A stretch of DNA of 64,000 nt from assembly GCA_964435575.1 (NCBI GenBank), contig CAYSZS010000002.1, forward strand, positions 762-64,761. Reading direction: 5' to 3'. Position numbers and translations under genes: made by a program. Positions 38,535-48,130 of this stretch are shown one piece after another. The first letter of the stretch is position 1. Each line of letters opens with the position of its first letter. The stretch is from an uncultured Gammaproteobacteria bacterium (GTDB taxonomy: Bacteria > Patescibacteriota > Microgenomatia > UBA8517). The notes beneath the pieces were generated by a model. The model did no database searches. It saw only the letters and a list, made by a program, of their open reading frames with translations, and had not been told where the DNA came from.

Positions 38535-39206
38535 TTATTCTAATTTGGTTGCAATAATAAAATCAAGTAAATCACTTAAGTTTCCTTGAGAAGTTTTGGA
38601 TCTTACATCTGCTTCCGCCAATAAAGAAATAAGATTAGTTAATTGGAGATTAGTGAATTTATTTGCTTGGACTTTGAGTTTAACGATTCTCCACTCCGGA
38701 TATGTCATACTTTTGGAGTCTACTTTTATCCAATATAAGTCTCTAACCTGCTTTGCCAAAAGGGAAAAAACAAATTCTAAAGGTTGCGTTTTTACAATTT
38801 CATGAAGAAGCAGAAGTGAATTTCTTGCATTTCTTGGATAAAAAGAATCCAAAAACGACCAGATTAATTTTGGAAGTTTGAATTCTTCGACTTTATCTAC
38901 TTTAGGTAATGAGTTGATAAATGTTTCCGTAATGGTTCCGGGGTGATATATAATTAAAGTTGTATCTAATTTATCGGCTTTTAGCTTCATAAATTTTCTA
39001 ACGACCGCCCCTAAAAAAGTGATATTTTCGACGACAACCAGCTTTTCTTTTTCAAATAATGAATCAACAACCAAAGCTTCTGGAATGCTTCGGGCTGACG
39101 TAATTCTTTTGACATCCCAACCCCTTTTCTTTGCTTCCTTAATGAAAGTTAAAAGTCGTTCATAACTTTCCAATGTATTATCGCCGTGGAGAACAATTAT
39201 TTTCAT
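38535..39206 (-). CDS. holA: DNA polymerase III delta subunit-like protein
   Basis: IIVLHGDN start; LAEADVRSKT C-terminus. Confidence 0.65.
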   Translation of the reverse strand: MKIIVLHGDNTLESYERLLTFIKEAKKRGWDVKRITSARSIPEALVVDSLFEKEKLVVVENITFLGAVVRKFMKLKADKLDTTLIIYHPGTITETFINSLPKVDKVEEFKLPKLIWSFLDSFYPRNARNSLLLLHEIVKTQPLEFVFSLLAKQVRDLYWIKVDSKSMTYPEWRIVKLKVQANKFTNLQLTNLISLLAEADVRSKTSQGNLSDLLDFIIATKLE

Positions 39207-39220
39207 TAGAGTAATTTAAT

Positions 39221-39652
39221 TCAACGATTTTTAAACGGTCGTTCTAAAACAGTTGAACGTTGATAATGAGCGAAAAGTTCCTCTACCCTGTCGTGGAAAT
39301 TTCTCTTGCCGCGCCTTCTTATATGCGGCAGTAAACTTCCTGAAAAATTTTTGGGAATATGGGCTATTTCGTGAAGTAATATTCTATCTTTTTCGCGCTC
39401 AGATAAATTATCAAATTTTTCACTTAAAACCTCAATTATATATGCCGGCTTTTGCTTAAGGGCAAGTTGCCAAATTTTTGACAGACCCCAGATTCTTGCA
39501 TAAGCCCTTGATGAAGAATTTAGCGAACGGAAGCAATATAGCGAAGAAGTTTTTACCCACTCTAGATTAAGTGATTTCTTTAAATGAAGTACCCTTTTTT
39601 TGATATCGGGAGCTGATTTCCACTCCACATTTACCCATTTTTTTCTTCGCAT
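39221..39652 (-). CDS. Putative metallopeptidase
   Basis: ARIWGL, ILLHEIAHIP (HExxH). Confidence 0.8.
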   Translation of the reverse strand: MRRKKWVNVEWKSAPDIKKRVLHLKKSLNLEWVKTSSLYCFRSLNSSSRAYARIWGLSKIWQLALKQKPAYIIEVLSEKFDNLSEREKDRILLHEIAHIPKNFSGSLLPHIRRRGKRNFHDRVEELFAHYQRSTVLERPFKNR

Positions 39653-39754
39653 ACATTATAATTACTAAACGGTTATATGGTATGGTAATTCTGACTAATT
39701 ATTAACAACCTAACCATTTAGCCATGTAAATATTAAGCTATTATTCGTGTCGCG

Positions 39755-40009
39755 TTAAGTTATTTTATAAACTTCCGCGCCTTCTTTAAGTTCCTGACCA
39801 ACCTTTAATCCGACGACGTCTCCTTTTTTGGCGTTTTCTATCTGGTTGTGCTCGATTTGGATTGAAGAAACGTCTTGCTCGAATATATCTTCACCTCCTC
39901 TGACGAATTTAATTTTATCGCCGACCCCCAAGTCTGCGTCAAGTTCTACAATTGCAACGCCAATTTTATCGTAAAAATGAGTCACTTTTCCGACTTTAAA
40001 ATCAGCCAT
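39755..40009 (-). CDS. Small beta-barrel protein (EF-Tu domain II / U32 C-terminal-like)
   Basis: VGKVTHFYDKIGVAIV...AKKGDVVGLKV. Confidence 0.75.
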   Translation of the reverse strand: MADFKVGKVTHFYDKIGVAIVELDADLGVGDKIKFVRGGEDIFEQDVSSIQIEHNQIENAKKGDVVGLKVGQELKEGAEVYKIT

Positions 40010-40015
40010 TTTCTA

Positions 40016-40513
40016 TCACCTTCTCTCTATGGACAGCGCATGAGTTAGTGCAACCGCCAGTGCATCAGCTGCGTTATCAAAATGAGTTTTTTTATGAGCT
40101 TTGCTTTTGACTCTGTTACCCAGAATTTTTCTTACTGCTTTTTGGATGTCTTTCTTTTTGGCTCGGCCGCTACCGGCAATCACTTTCTTTATCGTTCCTG
40201 GAGCATATTCAACCACCCTAATTTTAGTTTTTGAGGCAGCCAGAAGTAGTACTCCCTGAGCCTGTCCCACGGCTATTGCGGTTTTTGCATTAGTCGCGAA
40301 AAAGATTTTTTCCATAGCAAAAAGATCGGGTGAGGTTCTTTTAATTAAGGAAAGAGTTTCTTTGTAAATTACTTCCAGTCGTTTTTCGTAAAATGCGTTT
40401 TTATCCGTTTCAATAAGCCCCCAACCAACTACATTTGTTTTTCCGTTCCCATCCGACTCGACCAGTCCGTAGCCTGTTGTCGCCGTACCGGGATCTATTC
40501 CGAGTATTAACAT
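40016..40513 (-). CDS. ruvC: Holliday junction resolvase
   Basis: ILGIDPG, AMEKIFF, DNAADALAVA. Confidence 0.95.
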   Translation of the reverse strand: MLILGIDPGTATTGYGLVESDGNGKTNVVGWGLIETDKNAFYEKRLEVIYKETLSLIKRTSPDLFAMEKIFFATNAKTAIAVGQAQGVLLLAASKTKIRVVEYAPGTIKKVIAGSGRAKKKDIQKAVRKILGNRVKSKAHKKTHFDNAADALAVALTHALSIERR

Positions 40514-40584
40514 TAAACTAATTATAGCAACTTTAAAGAAAAATTACTCCAGTACCAGAAAATCCCACGTTTCGCTAGAAGACT

Positions 40585-40851
40585 TCACTTTTTTCCTTTA
40601 AATTTAAGCCTTTTAAGAAGCCCTTTAAAGGGAGACTGGGGAGGTTTTTGGAAAAAGGAAAGATATACTATTTCAAGAATTCCCACTGTACTGACCAGAA
40701 GAAGTGCTATAAACCAGTATTTTTGGCCGTTTCTGGCCGCGCGCCACAATGCGTAACCTTTCCAGAAGAAAAGCCAAGCAAGAACGATTATTAAAAGGAT
40801 TGTCGGCAAACCGTACCCGGAATTTGAAGTTAGAAAATTTTGCCAAAACAT
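40585..40851 (-). CDS. DUF5652-like membrane protein
   Basis: WKGYALWRAARNGQKYWFIALL...GILEIVY. Confidence 0.75.
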   Translation of the reverse strand: MFWQNFLTSNSGYGLPTILLIIVLAWLFFWKGYALWRAARNGQKYWFIALLLVSTVGILEIVYLSFFQKPPQSPFKGLLKRLKFKGKK

Positions 40852-40859
40852 ATCTAAAT

Positions 40860-41519
40860 TTAGAAATTCACGAAGTAGATTATTTGTGACTCATTTTTTA
40901 GTTTAGTCATCCATTCCTGAAAGGCAGTAGAAAGCTTTTCCTGTTTCAATTGCTCTCTTATATCGTCTTTAAGATCCTCAAAAACGGCTTCCTCGCCGTA
41001 AAGGCTTTTGTTTTCTTCAAAATATTTTAAAGTATCTTCGTCAGAAATTACCACTTCCTCTTGTAATAATTTCTCTACTGTTTTTTGGATTTTTACATTT
41101 TCTTCCAAGTCTTCTCTCGTTTGGCCCTGAATGGAAAGAGCAGCGTCCAAAGTTGAACCTTGGGACTCAATCATTTTAGAAATATTTTCTATTTCTTTTT
41201 TAACATCTTCGTCTGAAACCGTGACGCCCTCTTTTTGAGCCTTCTGACTTATGAGCTCTTTAGTGATCAAGCTTTCAAGTGTCTGTTTACCCGCCCCCTT
41301 TTCGAGCTCTCTAACCAGCTCGAAACGCGTAATCGGACGTCCGGAAACAAGGGCTGCAATAAATAAACTCTTGCCAAGATAAAGTCCGAGGCCTACCACA
41401 ACAAGAATTAACAATATTAAGAGGTATCTTTTTGACTTTGACTTCTTAAGGTTTTTCTTAAGGGATTCTATCCGCCCCTTCGATTTATTATTTATTTTAG
41501 CCTCTAACTTCTTAGCCAT
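40860..41519 (-). CDS. SurA/PrsA N-terminal-domain chaperone (no PPIase domain)
   Basis: TM, then AALVSGRPITR, LITKELISQKAQKEGVTVSD. Confidence 0.8.
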   Translation of the reverse strand: MAKKLEAKINNKSKGRIESLKKNLKKSKSKRYLLILLILVVVGLGLYLGKSLFIAALVSGRPITRFELVRELEKGAGKQTLESLITKELISQKAQKEGVTVSDEDVKKEIENISKMIESQGSTLDAALSIQGQTREDLEENVKIQKTVEKLLQEEVVISDEDTLKYFEENKSLYGEEAVFEDLKDDIREQLKQEKLSTAFQEWMTKLKNESQIIYFVNF

Positions 41520-41565
41520 TATTTTATGGTAGACATTAATTAATAAAAGTAAATACTCAATTTGC

Positions 41566-42180
41566 CTACTTCAGAGCACTACGTAAATTTATTTCTACCT
41601 GGTCCCAATTCACGATATTCCACCAAGCTTCTATATAATCAGCACGCCTATTCTGATACTTAAGATAGTAAGCGTGTTCCCAAACATCCAATCCCAGAAT
41701 AGGGATCCTTTTTCTTGACAAGGGTGAATCTTGATTCTCCGTATCTTCAATTACTAATTCAGAGCCGGTTACACTCAACCAAGCCCAACCGCTTCCGAAT
41801 CTTGCCAAAGCAGTTTGGCTAAATTTTTCCCTGAATGAATCGAAAGAACCGAAATTATTAGATAGGACTTTTTTTAGGAGTCCCTCCGGGCGGGAAGCCC
41901 TCTGGGCTGGACGCATAATTTTCCAAAATAGGCTGTGGTTTGAATGACCGCCGCCGCTATTTCTTACTGCGTTACGAATATTGCCGGGAAGCCTGGGGAG
42001 ATTACTGATTAGAGAGTGAACATCGAACTTGAATAGTTTGGGATATTTTTCAAGAGCCAAGTTCAGGTTGTTGATATAGGCTTGATGATGTTTCGTATGA
42101 TGTATTTTCATTGTCCGCTCGTCAATATAAGGTTCAAGCGCATTGTAAGCGTAAGGTAGCTCTGGGAGTTTATGTTCCAT
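41566..42180 (-). CDS. sodA: Mn/Fe superoxide dismutase
   Basis: HHTKHHQAY, GGGHSNHSLFW, FGSGWAW, DVWEHAYY. Confidence 0.95.
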   Translation of the reverse strand: MEHKLPELPYAYNALEPYIDERTMKIHHTKHHQAYINNLNLALEKYPKLFKFDVHSLISNLPRLPGNIRNAVRNSGGGHSNHSLFWKIMRPAQRASRPEGLLKKVLSNNFGSFDSFREKFSQTALARFGSGWAWLSVTGSELVIEDTENQDSPLSRKRIPILGLDVWEHAYYLKYQNRRADYIEAWWNIVNWDQVEINLRSALK

Positions 42181-42188
42181 GTTCGCTA

Positions 42189-42392
42189 TTATCTTCTAAA
42201 CCGGTTAAGTATTAAAAAAAGTATTATGGATGCGATTAAAGAGCTTCCCAAGGGAATATAGATTCTTTTTTGGCCGATGTGGATATAAATGTCTCCCGGT
42301 AGCGTAAAAGGAATAGCTCCCCTTCTTTGTATTGCATAAATAAAGGCAGTACATATAAAGTAAAGAACGAAGAAAAATTCAAGTGCGCTCAT
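42189..42392 (-). CDS. DUF2905-like small membrane protein
   Basis: LPGDIYI...YIPLGSSLIAS. Confidence 0.7.
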   Translation of the reverse strand: MSALEFFFVLYFICTAFIYAIQRRGAIPFTLPGDIYIHIGQKRIYIPLGSSLIASIILFLILNRFRR

Positions 42393-42471
42393 ACTTAAAA
42401 TATATTAGCAAAAAAAGTTTTAACAAGTCCAGTAGTTGATAGCGACCTGATTATTATTGTATATTTATTTA

Positions 42472-43308
42472 ATGGAAGACCAAGAGCCAAAAATGACGCC
42501 GCAAAAAGGTGAAACGACAGTTCACCAAGAGCAACCTAGTCCAATGCCTAAAATGGACACCGAACCGCCGCAGTCTCCTGAGCCGTCGTCGCACTTTACT
42601 CCGCCATCTCTAAAAACCGGCTTGGGGTTTAGGATTTTTGTCATATTATCTTTAATTATTGTTGCGGCTATATATGGAGGAGTCGTATATCTTTATAGTC
42701 AAAATCAGAAAATCAAAAAAGGCGAGACAAGCGAAAATATTAACTCAAACTTAACTCCGACCTCCACTCCGACCCCGTCCTTCTCCCCCGATCAGGTTAA
42801 AATTAAAAACGGCAGTGTGGTTAGGGAAATTCCCGGCGGAGAAACAACTATTCTGGTTGATAAAGAAAATTACGATTCTACAGGCATAACAGGATTTGCA
42901 AAAGTTGTAGTCTCTCCCGATGAAACAAAAATTTGCTTTGAGTCCTGGCCGCCTGCGCCGGAACCTGCTTTATATATTGCCGATATAGACGGAAGTGAGG
43001 TGTCTGAAGTAAGTCCCAATAGGCAGAATTGTGTCTGGGTTCCCGACTCCCAAAAAATTATGTATGTCAACTCTTCTTCAAAAACGACCCCTGCCAATAT
43101 TTATCTATTTTCCCCGACCGATGAGGTAGAAACAAACTTAACCAAAGATAGCGTTAGCGAGGGAACAGTTAGGCGTTACGAGATTGTAGGATTCTCGGCA
43201 GACGGCGGGAAAATAATTTGTACTTACGAGGATGTGGGGGGAACTGATGAGGGAATGGGAGGAGAATGCGAAATAGACTTAAGTACCCTTGCGGTTAACT
43301 TCCTTTAA
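42472..43308 (+). CDS. Membrane-anchored protein with TolB-like repeats
   Basis: One TM; SPDETKI, VPDSQKI, SADGGKI repeats. Confidence 0.65.
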   Translation: MEDQEPKMTPQKGETTVHQEQPSPMPKMDTEPPQSPEPSSHFTPPSLKTGLGFRIFVILSLIIVAAIYGGVVYLYSQNQKIKKGETSENINSNLTPTSTPTPSFSPDQVKIKNGSVVREIPGGETTILVDKENYDSTGITGFAKVVVSPDETKICFESWPPAPEPALYIADIDGSEVSEVSPNRQNCVWVPDSQKIMYVNSSSKTTPANIYLFSPTDEVETNLTKDSVSEGTVRRYEIVGFSADGGKIICTYEDVGGTDEGMGGECEIDLSTLAVNFL

Positions 43309-43935
43309 ATAGTCAACTTCATTTTTAATTAGGTAAATTGAAGGCGCAGCTATAAAAATCAGAAATCCGGGGAGCGTTTTTAGGGCGACGTCGAAATAAC
43401 CCATAAAGGGGATGATTAATACAACTTTACCCAAGATTTCACTTCTTTTCACTCTTACCGGATCGGGTTGGGAATTCGCATCCCCTTTGGTTATAAAATA
43501 ACTTGCGTCTTTCTCATTGACTTTATCAATAATTCGATGGGTAACCGCTTTTCCGCTGACAAGGCTTGTTTTAGGGTTTACTTCTTTATAGGTTATAATG
43601 TCCTCTTTCGAGTAAGATAGAGAAGGTAACGAAACCACTATGCTTCCGGGATCAATTCCCGGCGACATTGAATTTGTGGTAATTGAAGAAATTCTGACGC
43701 CGCTAGCTTTTTCGGAATACTTGGTGAGTGTAAATACTGCAATTATTCCAAGATAAACAATAAAAAACGCCGGGATTAGATTTTCGAATACTCTTTCAAT
43801 ATAAAAATCGTATTCAAAGTCGATGGCGCGAATAATGATTTTTTTTATTTTCGGTTTTAGTTTATTCCAAAAAGAAAAAAACGTGTCCATAAACCCGTAT
43901 GAGTCGCGAAGATATTCGTAAGTGCTATAACGCAT
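43279..43935 (-). CDS. sipW: SipW-type (ER/archaeal-type) signal peptidase I
   Basis: TNSMSP (Ser), VTHRI (His), TKGDAN, GKVV...PFMG. Confidence 0.85.
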   Translation of the reverse strand: MRYSTYEYLRDSYGFMDTFFSFWNKLKPKIKKIIIRAIDFEYDFYIERVFENLIPAFFIVYLGIIAVFTLTKYSEKASGVRISSITTNSMSPGIDPGSIVVSLPSLSYSKEDIITYKEVNPKTSLVSGKAVTHRIIDKVNEKDASYFITKGDANSQPDPVRVKRSEILGKVVLIIPFMGYFDVALKTLPGFLIFIAAPSIYLIKNEVDYLKEVNRKGT

Positions 43936-44040
43936 AATTTTGGGGCTATTATGAGGTTATTTAGAAGAAATTTCAAATACGTATTCCAGCAGACCGCTGA
44001 ATTTCTATGTATATGATAGATTATTTAATAATGAGAAAAT

Positions 44041-44697
44041 CTAGATAACCAAGTCTTTAGCCAGTTTCTTCGCCCGTTTTTTAAAAAACTTCTTCAGTTC
44101 ATTGAGAGTTAATGGTTTTAGCATTTTGGGTAAGTATTCAAACTCCTCAACTGCCAGAAAATCGGCAGCTAAAGTTAAAGGATCGCGTTCAGTCCGGAAT
44201 TTCACTTTTACCCCCTCAATTAGGTCCCACACAGTATATTCATCAAGTAAAAAGTAAAGATCAACGTAATCTTTGACTTCGCTACGCTGGTTCATGAGCA
44301 GCAGTTTATTAACAGCGATATCTAGTAGACTGTCTACCGTTACTTTTTTATAGCTAGTCCCTGGTTCTAATCTTTTGTATGGATAATATGCGAAGTCTAA
44401 TTTTAATTTCTTGCCGCCGTCAAAATTCAAGAGGTAAATAAAAGTGTCTTCTGCCCGTTGTGGTTGAATAGTAAACTTTAACTGCTTTCCCCATTCTAAA
44501 AGAAAGGAAAATAGCATTTGATTGTCAAACCTTTTATCTGCGAAGAAATCCAAATCAAGACTTTCACGATGTTTGAGATAGACTTCACTAAGTGCCGTTC
44601 CTCCTGAAAAGTAAAAGTTGTTGGTAAGAAAAGAGTTAGCGGCGATTTTTACGAAAATACTTTTCTGCTCTGGTGTCAGTATTGTTACTTCCCCCAT
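44041..44697 (-). CDS. AbiEii-like nucleotidyltransferase toxin
   Basis: FYFSGGTALS..Y.HRESLDLDFF, DIAVNKL, KDYVDLY. Confidence 0.85.
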   Translation of the reverse strand: MGEVTILTPEQKSIFVKIAANSFLTNNFYFSGGTALSEVYLKHRESLDLDFFADKRFDNQMLFSFLLEWGKQLKFTIQPQRAEDTFIYLLNFDGGKKLKLDFAYYPYKRLEPGTSYKKVTVDSLLDIAVNKLLLMNQRSEVKDYVDLYFLLDEYTVWDLIEGVKVKFRTERDPLTLAADFLAVEEFEYLPKMLKPLTLNELKKFFKKRAKKLAKDLVI

Positions 44698-44885
44698 ATT
44701 AGAAGGTTAAAAAGGCGTTTTTTACGAGGGAAAAGTTTTAACCTATCCCAATATTTCTTGACCTTAGAAAGTTCTATTTTTTCTCCTTTCTCCGGTCCAT
44801 AATTGATCGCACGTTCCAAAAGCATTATTCGTCCATGTTCAGACTTTGCGAGTTTTTTCGCATCATAATCCCAAATATATGTCAT
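44685..44885 (-). CDS. Small partner protein (putative antitoxin)
   Basis: YIWDYD...LERAINYG; overlaps the toxin start. Confidence 0.65.
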   Translation of the reverse strand: MTYIWDYDAKKLAKSEHGRIMLLERAINYGPEKGEKIELSKVKKYWDRLKLFPRKKRLFNLLIWGK

Positions 44886-45099
44886 AAGATAATTGTATAA
44901 CTTCGTAGCAAAAGAGGCAAATTCATGTGATGGTCGCCTACATTTAGTAAGGTCAATTATATAACTTAAAAAATGATGTTGTTTTATTTATTAAGTATCA
45001 GTTGACAGGGCAAAAATGTGATGTTAGTCTAAATATACATTTTTTCTTTCAGTTATATACGTCTCCTGCCCCGAGATTATTGTCCCATATTATAGTTTG

Positions 45100-46530
45100 A
45101 TGAAGAGAATTTTAATTTCTGTCATAACTTTAGGATTAGTAGCTGCTTTAGCGGTGAGTATAACAGGCTCCTTTTTTTCTGACACCGAAACGTCAAAAGA
45201 TAATATACTTCAGGCAGGAGAACTTGATCTAAAAATAGACAATACCAGTTATTACAACGGTAAACCCTATCCCGACGCATCGTGGGAACCCGATGATCTT
45301 CCAGGGCACCTTTTTTTTAATTTTCAGGATTTAAAACCGGGTGACTGGGGTGAAGATACAATTTCTTTGCGGGTTGACGATAACGACGCCTGGGCTTGTA
45401 TGAAAATAACCCATACCGAGGATGACGACGAGACTTGTAACGAACCAGAATTAAAAGACGATCCAACCTGTGATGATCCCGACGATGATAAAAAAGACGG
45501 AGAATTAGGGTCCCATCTTTCTTTTATCTTCTGGGTTGACGACGGAGATAATGTTTTAGAGAAAGATGAAGAAGAAGGAATAATAAGGCAACAGGATTTG
45601 GTTGGCAATGTTTTTGACGGAAAGATTATAAACCTCGCAGATGCATTGGGAGGAGTTTTGGGTTTAGCGGGACCGCTTGTGGGTAGTAAAACTTACTACA
45701 TCGGCAAAGCCTGGTGCTTCGGCGAAATGACTATTACTCCTCTTCCCGATAATACCGGTGTAAGTCCGGAAGTTGATTCGGGAATAAAATGCGACGGGGC
45801 TGAGCTGAATAACGAAACCCAAACAGACCAGGTTTTGGTCGATTTTGAATTTAGCGCTTATCAATCAAGAAATAATCCCAATTTTACTTGTTCAGGTGAA
45901 AAACCGTCAGGTACTCCAACCCCGACATTAACACCCACTCCCCCGCTCGCCTGTAATAAGGCAGATGTAATGCTCGTTCTCGATAGATCGGGAAGTATTA
46001 GTTCTACGGAGCTTGTGCAATTAAAAACTGCTGCTAAGGATTTCGTTGATTCTTTGACACTGGCTTTGGACGGAAATCACGCAGGAAAATCAAGTTTTGC
46101 AACAACAGGAACTTTAAATCATCACTTGACGAGCGATCCCACTAGTCTCAAGGCAGCAATTGACGCAATGATTTCAGGTGGCTGGACGAACCTTAAAGAA
46201 GGCATTGACCTTGCAAAAACGGAGTTGGATAATCCAGGCGATGGACATGACAGAGCCGATGGTGTCTCCCTTGACAAGATGATTGTCATCACAGACGGTA
46301 ATCCTAATAGACCACTAGACGGTGATCCCCCACCTGACGTAGATGCAAAAAATGCAGCTGATGTAGCAAAAGCAGCCGGGGTAGAAATCTTTGTGGTTGG
46401 AGTTGGCAGCGATGTTGATGCTACTTATCTAACAAACGATATAGCAACTGCTGGAGCTGGTCATTATTATTCCGCATCAGATTACTCAGGCTTACAGACA
46501 ATTCTTTCCGGACTTGATCTTTGCGATTAA
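45100..46530 (+). CDS. TasA/CalY-like SipW substrate with C-terminal vWA domain
   Basis: Signal then SFFSDTETSKDNILQAGELDL; DLKPGD; vWA VLDRSGS and ITDG. Confidence 0.85.
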   Translation: MKRILISVITLGLVAALAVSITGSFFSDTETSKDNILQAGELDLKIDNTSYYNGKPYPDASWEPDDLPGHLFFNFQDLKPGDWGEDTISLRVDDNDAWACMKITHTEDDDETCNEPELKDDPTCDDPDDDKKDGELGSHLSFIFWVDDGDNVLEKDEEEGIIRQQDLVGNVFDGKIINLADALGGVLGLAGPLVGSKTYYIGKAWCFGEMTITPLPDNTGVSPEVDSGIKCDGAELNNETQTDQVLVDFEFSAYQSRNNPNFTCSGEKPSGTPTPTLTPTPPLACNKADVMLVLDRSGSISSTELVQLKTAAKDFVDSLTLALDGNHAGKSSFATTGTLNHHLTSDPTSLKAAIDAMISGGWTNLKEGIDLAKTELDNPGDGHDRADGVSLDKMIVITDGNPNRPLDGDPPPDVDAKNAADVAKAAGVEIFVVGVGSDVDATYLTNDIATAGAGHYYSASDYSGLQTILSGLDLCD

Positions 46531-46537
46531 TTACATA

Positions 46538-46786
46538 ATGAGATTGGATAGCGAAGAACACCAAACTTCAGTAGAAAAACGGGAAATGTGGAGGCGAGAA
46601 TTATTTTCAATGGCTCCATATTTATATAAACATCCGGAAAATAAAGATTTGCAAAAGTACGGAGCAATTCTTACAGATATTGTAAGACAGATTGAATGGG
46701 GAGGGGTTTACCCTATTGATTACAGTGGCGGTAAAGGAAATGTTATTTTCAATTTTGAAACGGGTGAATTTCGTACTCTGGATTAA
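46538..46786 (+). CDS. Hypothetical protein
   Basis: 82-aa ORF between two TasA-like genes. Confidence 0.5.
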   Translation: MRLDSEEHQTSVEKREMWRRELFSMAPYLYKHPENKDLQKYGAILTDIVRQIEWGGVYPIDYSGGKGNVIFNFETGEFRTLD

Positions 46787-46915
46787 ACCCTTACGAAATT
46801 ACTTTTACCTTTTGCATAACCAATTAATATTTTAAATGGTTCTATAAGGGGTAAAAACCCTTAATAGCCAAGCTTTTACTAAAAAAGCCTCTGGATTAGA
46901 TTGTTGGTGAAAAAG

Positions 46916-47845
46916 ATGAAGAAAATTTTATTAAGTTTATTTGTAATTGGTGTCGTATCAGTAGCAGGAGTCCTCGCAACCCGAGCATTTTTCAGTGATA
47001 CCGAGACATCAGTCGGCAATACATTCGTAGCCGGAGACATTGATCTACAGATTGATAACGAAAGCTATGCAATAGACTGTACTATTCCTGACGGAGACGG
47101 TAATCCTCCAGCAGAATGTAAAGGTGTACTGGCAGCAAGCTCTAATACGTCATGGCAGCTTACCGACTTAACAGTTGAGAAGTTTTTTGACTTTGTAGAC
47201 CTTAAACCGGGAGATTATGGCGAAGACACAATATCCGTTCACGTCGGAAGTAATGATGCTTGGGTTTGTGCCTCAGCCCGTATTACGGAAGATCAAGACA
47301 ATTCCTGTACAGATCCTGAACAAACAGATGAATTAGTTGCTTGCGTTAATCCAAATGGAAACGGAGAGCTTGATGAAGACCTAAATTTCGCTTTCTGGGT
47401 TGACGATGGAGATAACGTATTTGAAGCTTGTCCAGAGGGAACGGGTGAATGTGAGGATGAAAAAGTCTTTTTATTGGGGCCTCTCGAAGGACTAGGTACT
47501 CAAGGACAAATCGCTCTTGCTGATACCCAAGGCGGTGTACTTGGTGCAGGAAATCCTATCCCTGGCGATACAACTTTCTATATAGGTAAAGTGTGGTGTT
47601 TTGGAGAATTAACTCCTGAACCCAAAGATTCTCATGATGTGCAGGGAGCTCCTATCAACGGAACTCCAGTCGAAAGGGGAACCGGTTGGCTTTGTGATGG
47701 GACACTAGTTGATAACGCTGCTCAAACTGACAGTGTTGTTGGTGATTTACAATTTTATGCAGAACAGGCAAGACATAATGATGAGTTTTTGTGTAGTAAA
47801 GATTACGAACCTGTTTGGCCTACGCCAACACAAACATCTGATTAG
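46916..47845 (+). CDS. TasA/CalY-like SipW substrate (candidate major subunit)
   Basis: TRA-FFSDTETSVGNTFVAGDIDL; DLKPGDYGEDTIS; FYAEQARHN. Confidence 0.85.
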   Translation: MKKILLSLFVIGVVSVAGVLATRAFFSDTETSVGNTFVAGDIDLQIDNESYAIDCTIPDGDGNPPAECKGVLAASSNTSWQLTDLTVEKFFDFVDLKPGDYGEDTISVHVGSNDAWVCASARITEDQDNSCTDPEQTDELVACVNPNGNGELDEDLNFAFWVDDGDNVFEACPEGTGECEDEKVFLLGPLEGLGTQGQIALADTQGGVLGAGNPIPGDTTFYIGKVWCFGELTPEPKDSHDVQGAPINGTPVERGTGWLCDGTLVDNAAQTDSVVGDLQFYAEQARHNDEFLCSKDYEPVWPTPTQTSD

Positions 47846-47852
47846 TTTTTTT

Positions 47853-47936
47853 CTCTAGCGTTTTAGGGTGGGGTCAAAGAGATAAATGAGTTTCGACTCG
47901 GAACTCTCTTGCCCACCCAAGCTAGGGGACTTTTTT
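47853..47936 (+). terminator. Long stem-loop followed by a U-tract
   Basis: CTCTAGC..GGGTGGG...CCCACCC..GCTAGGG-GACTTTTTT. Confidence 0.5.
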
Positions 47937-48010
47937 GCAAAAGATACTAAGCAAAATTAGCTCCTTTCCGAGTGAAACTCTATAAGATGCTCATAAGGAG
48001 TAATCAAATT

Positions 48011-48116
48011 AGGGTCACGGTTAGATAGACCCGTTAGATACAAAGTTATCTAACTTGGGTCATCTAACGTGATTCCGTTTGATGCTCATAAGAGCTATCA
48101 AACCGGAAGGAGGTGA
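48011..48116 (+). promoter_or_regulatory. Putative structured 5' leader RNA, copy B
   Basis: GGGTCACGGTTAGAT...ATCTAACGTGATTCC, then GTTTGATGCTC-ATAA-GAGCTATCAAAC, then the GGAGGTGA SD. Confidence 0.55.
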
Positions 48117-48130
48117 ATATATTTAAAATT

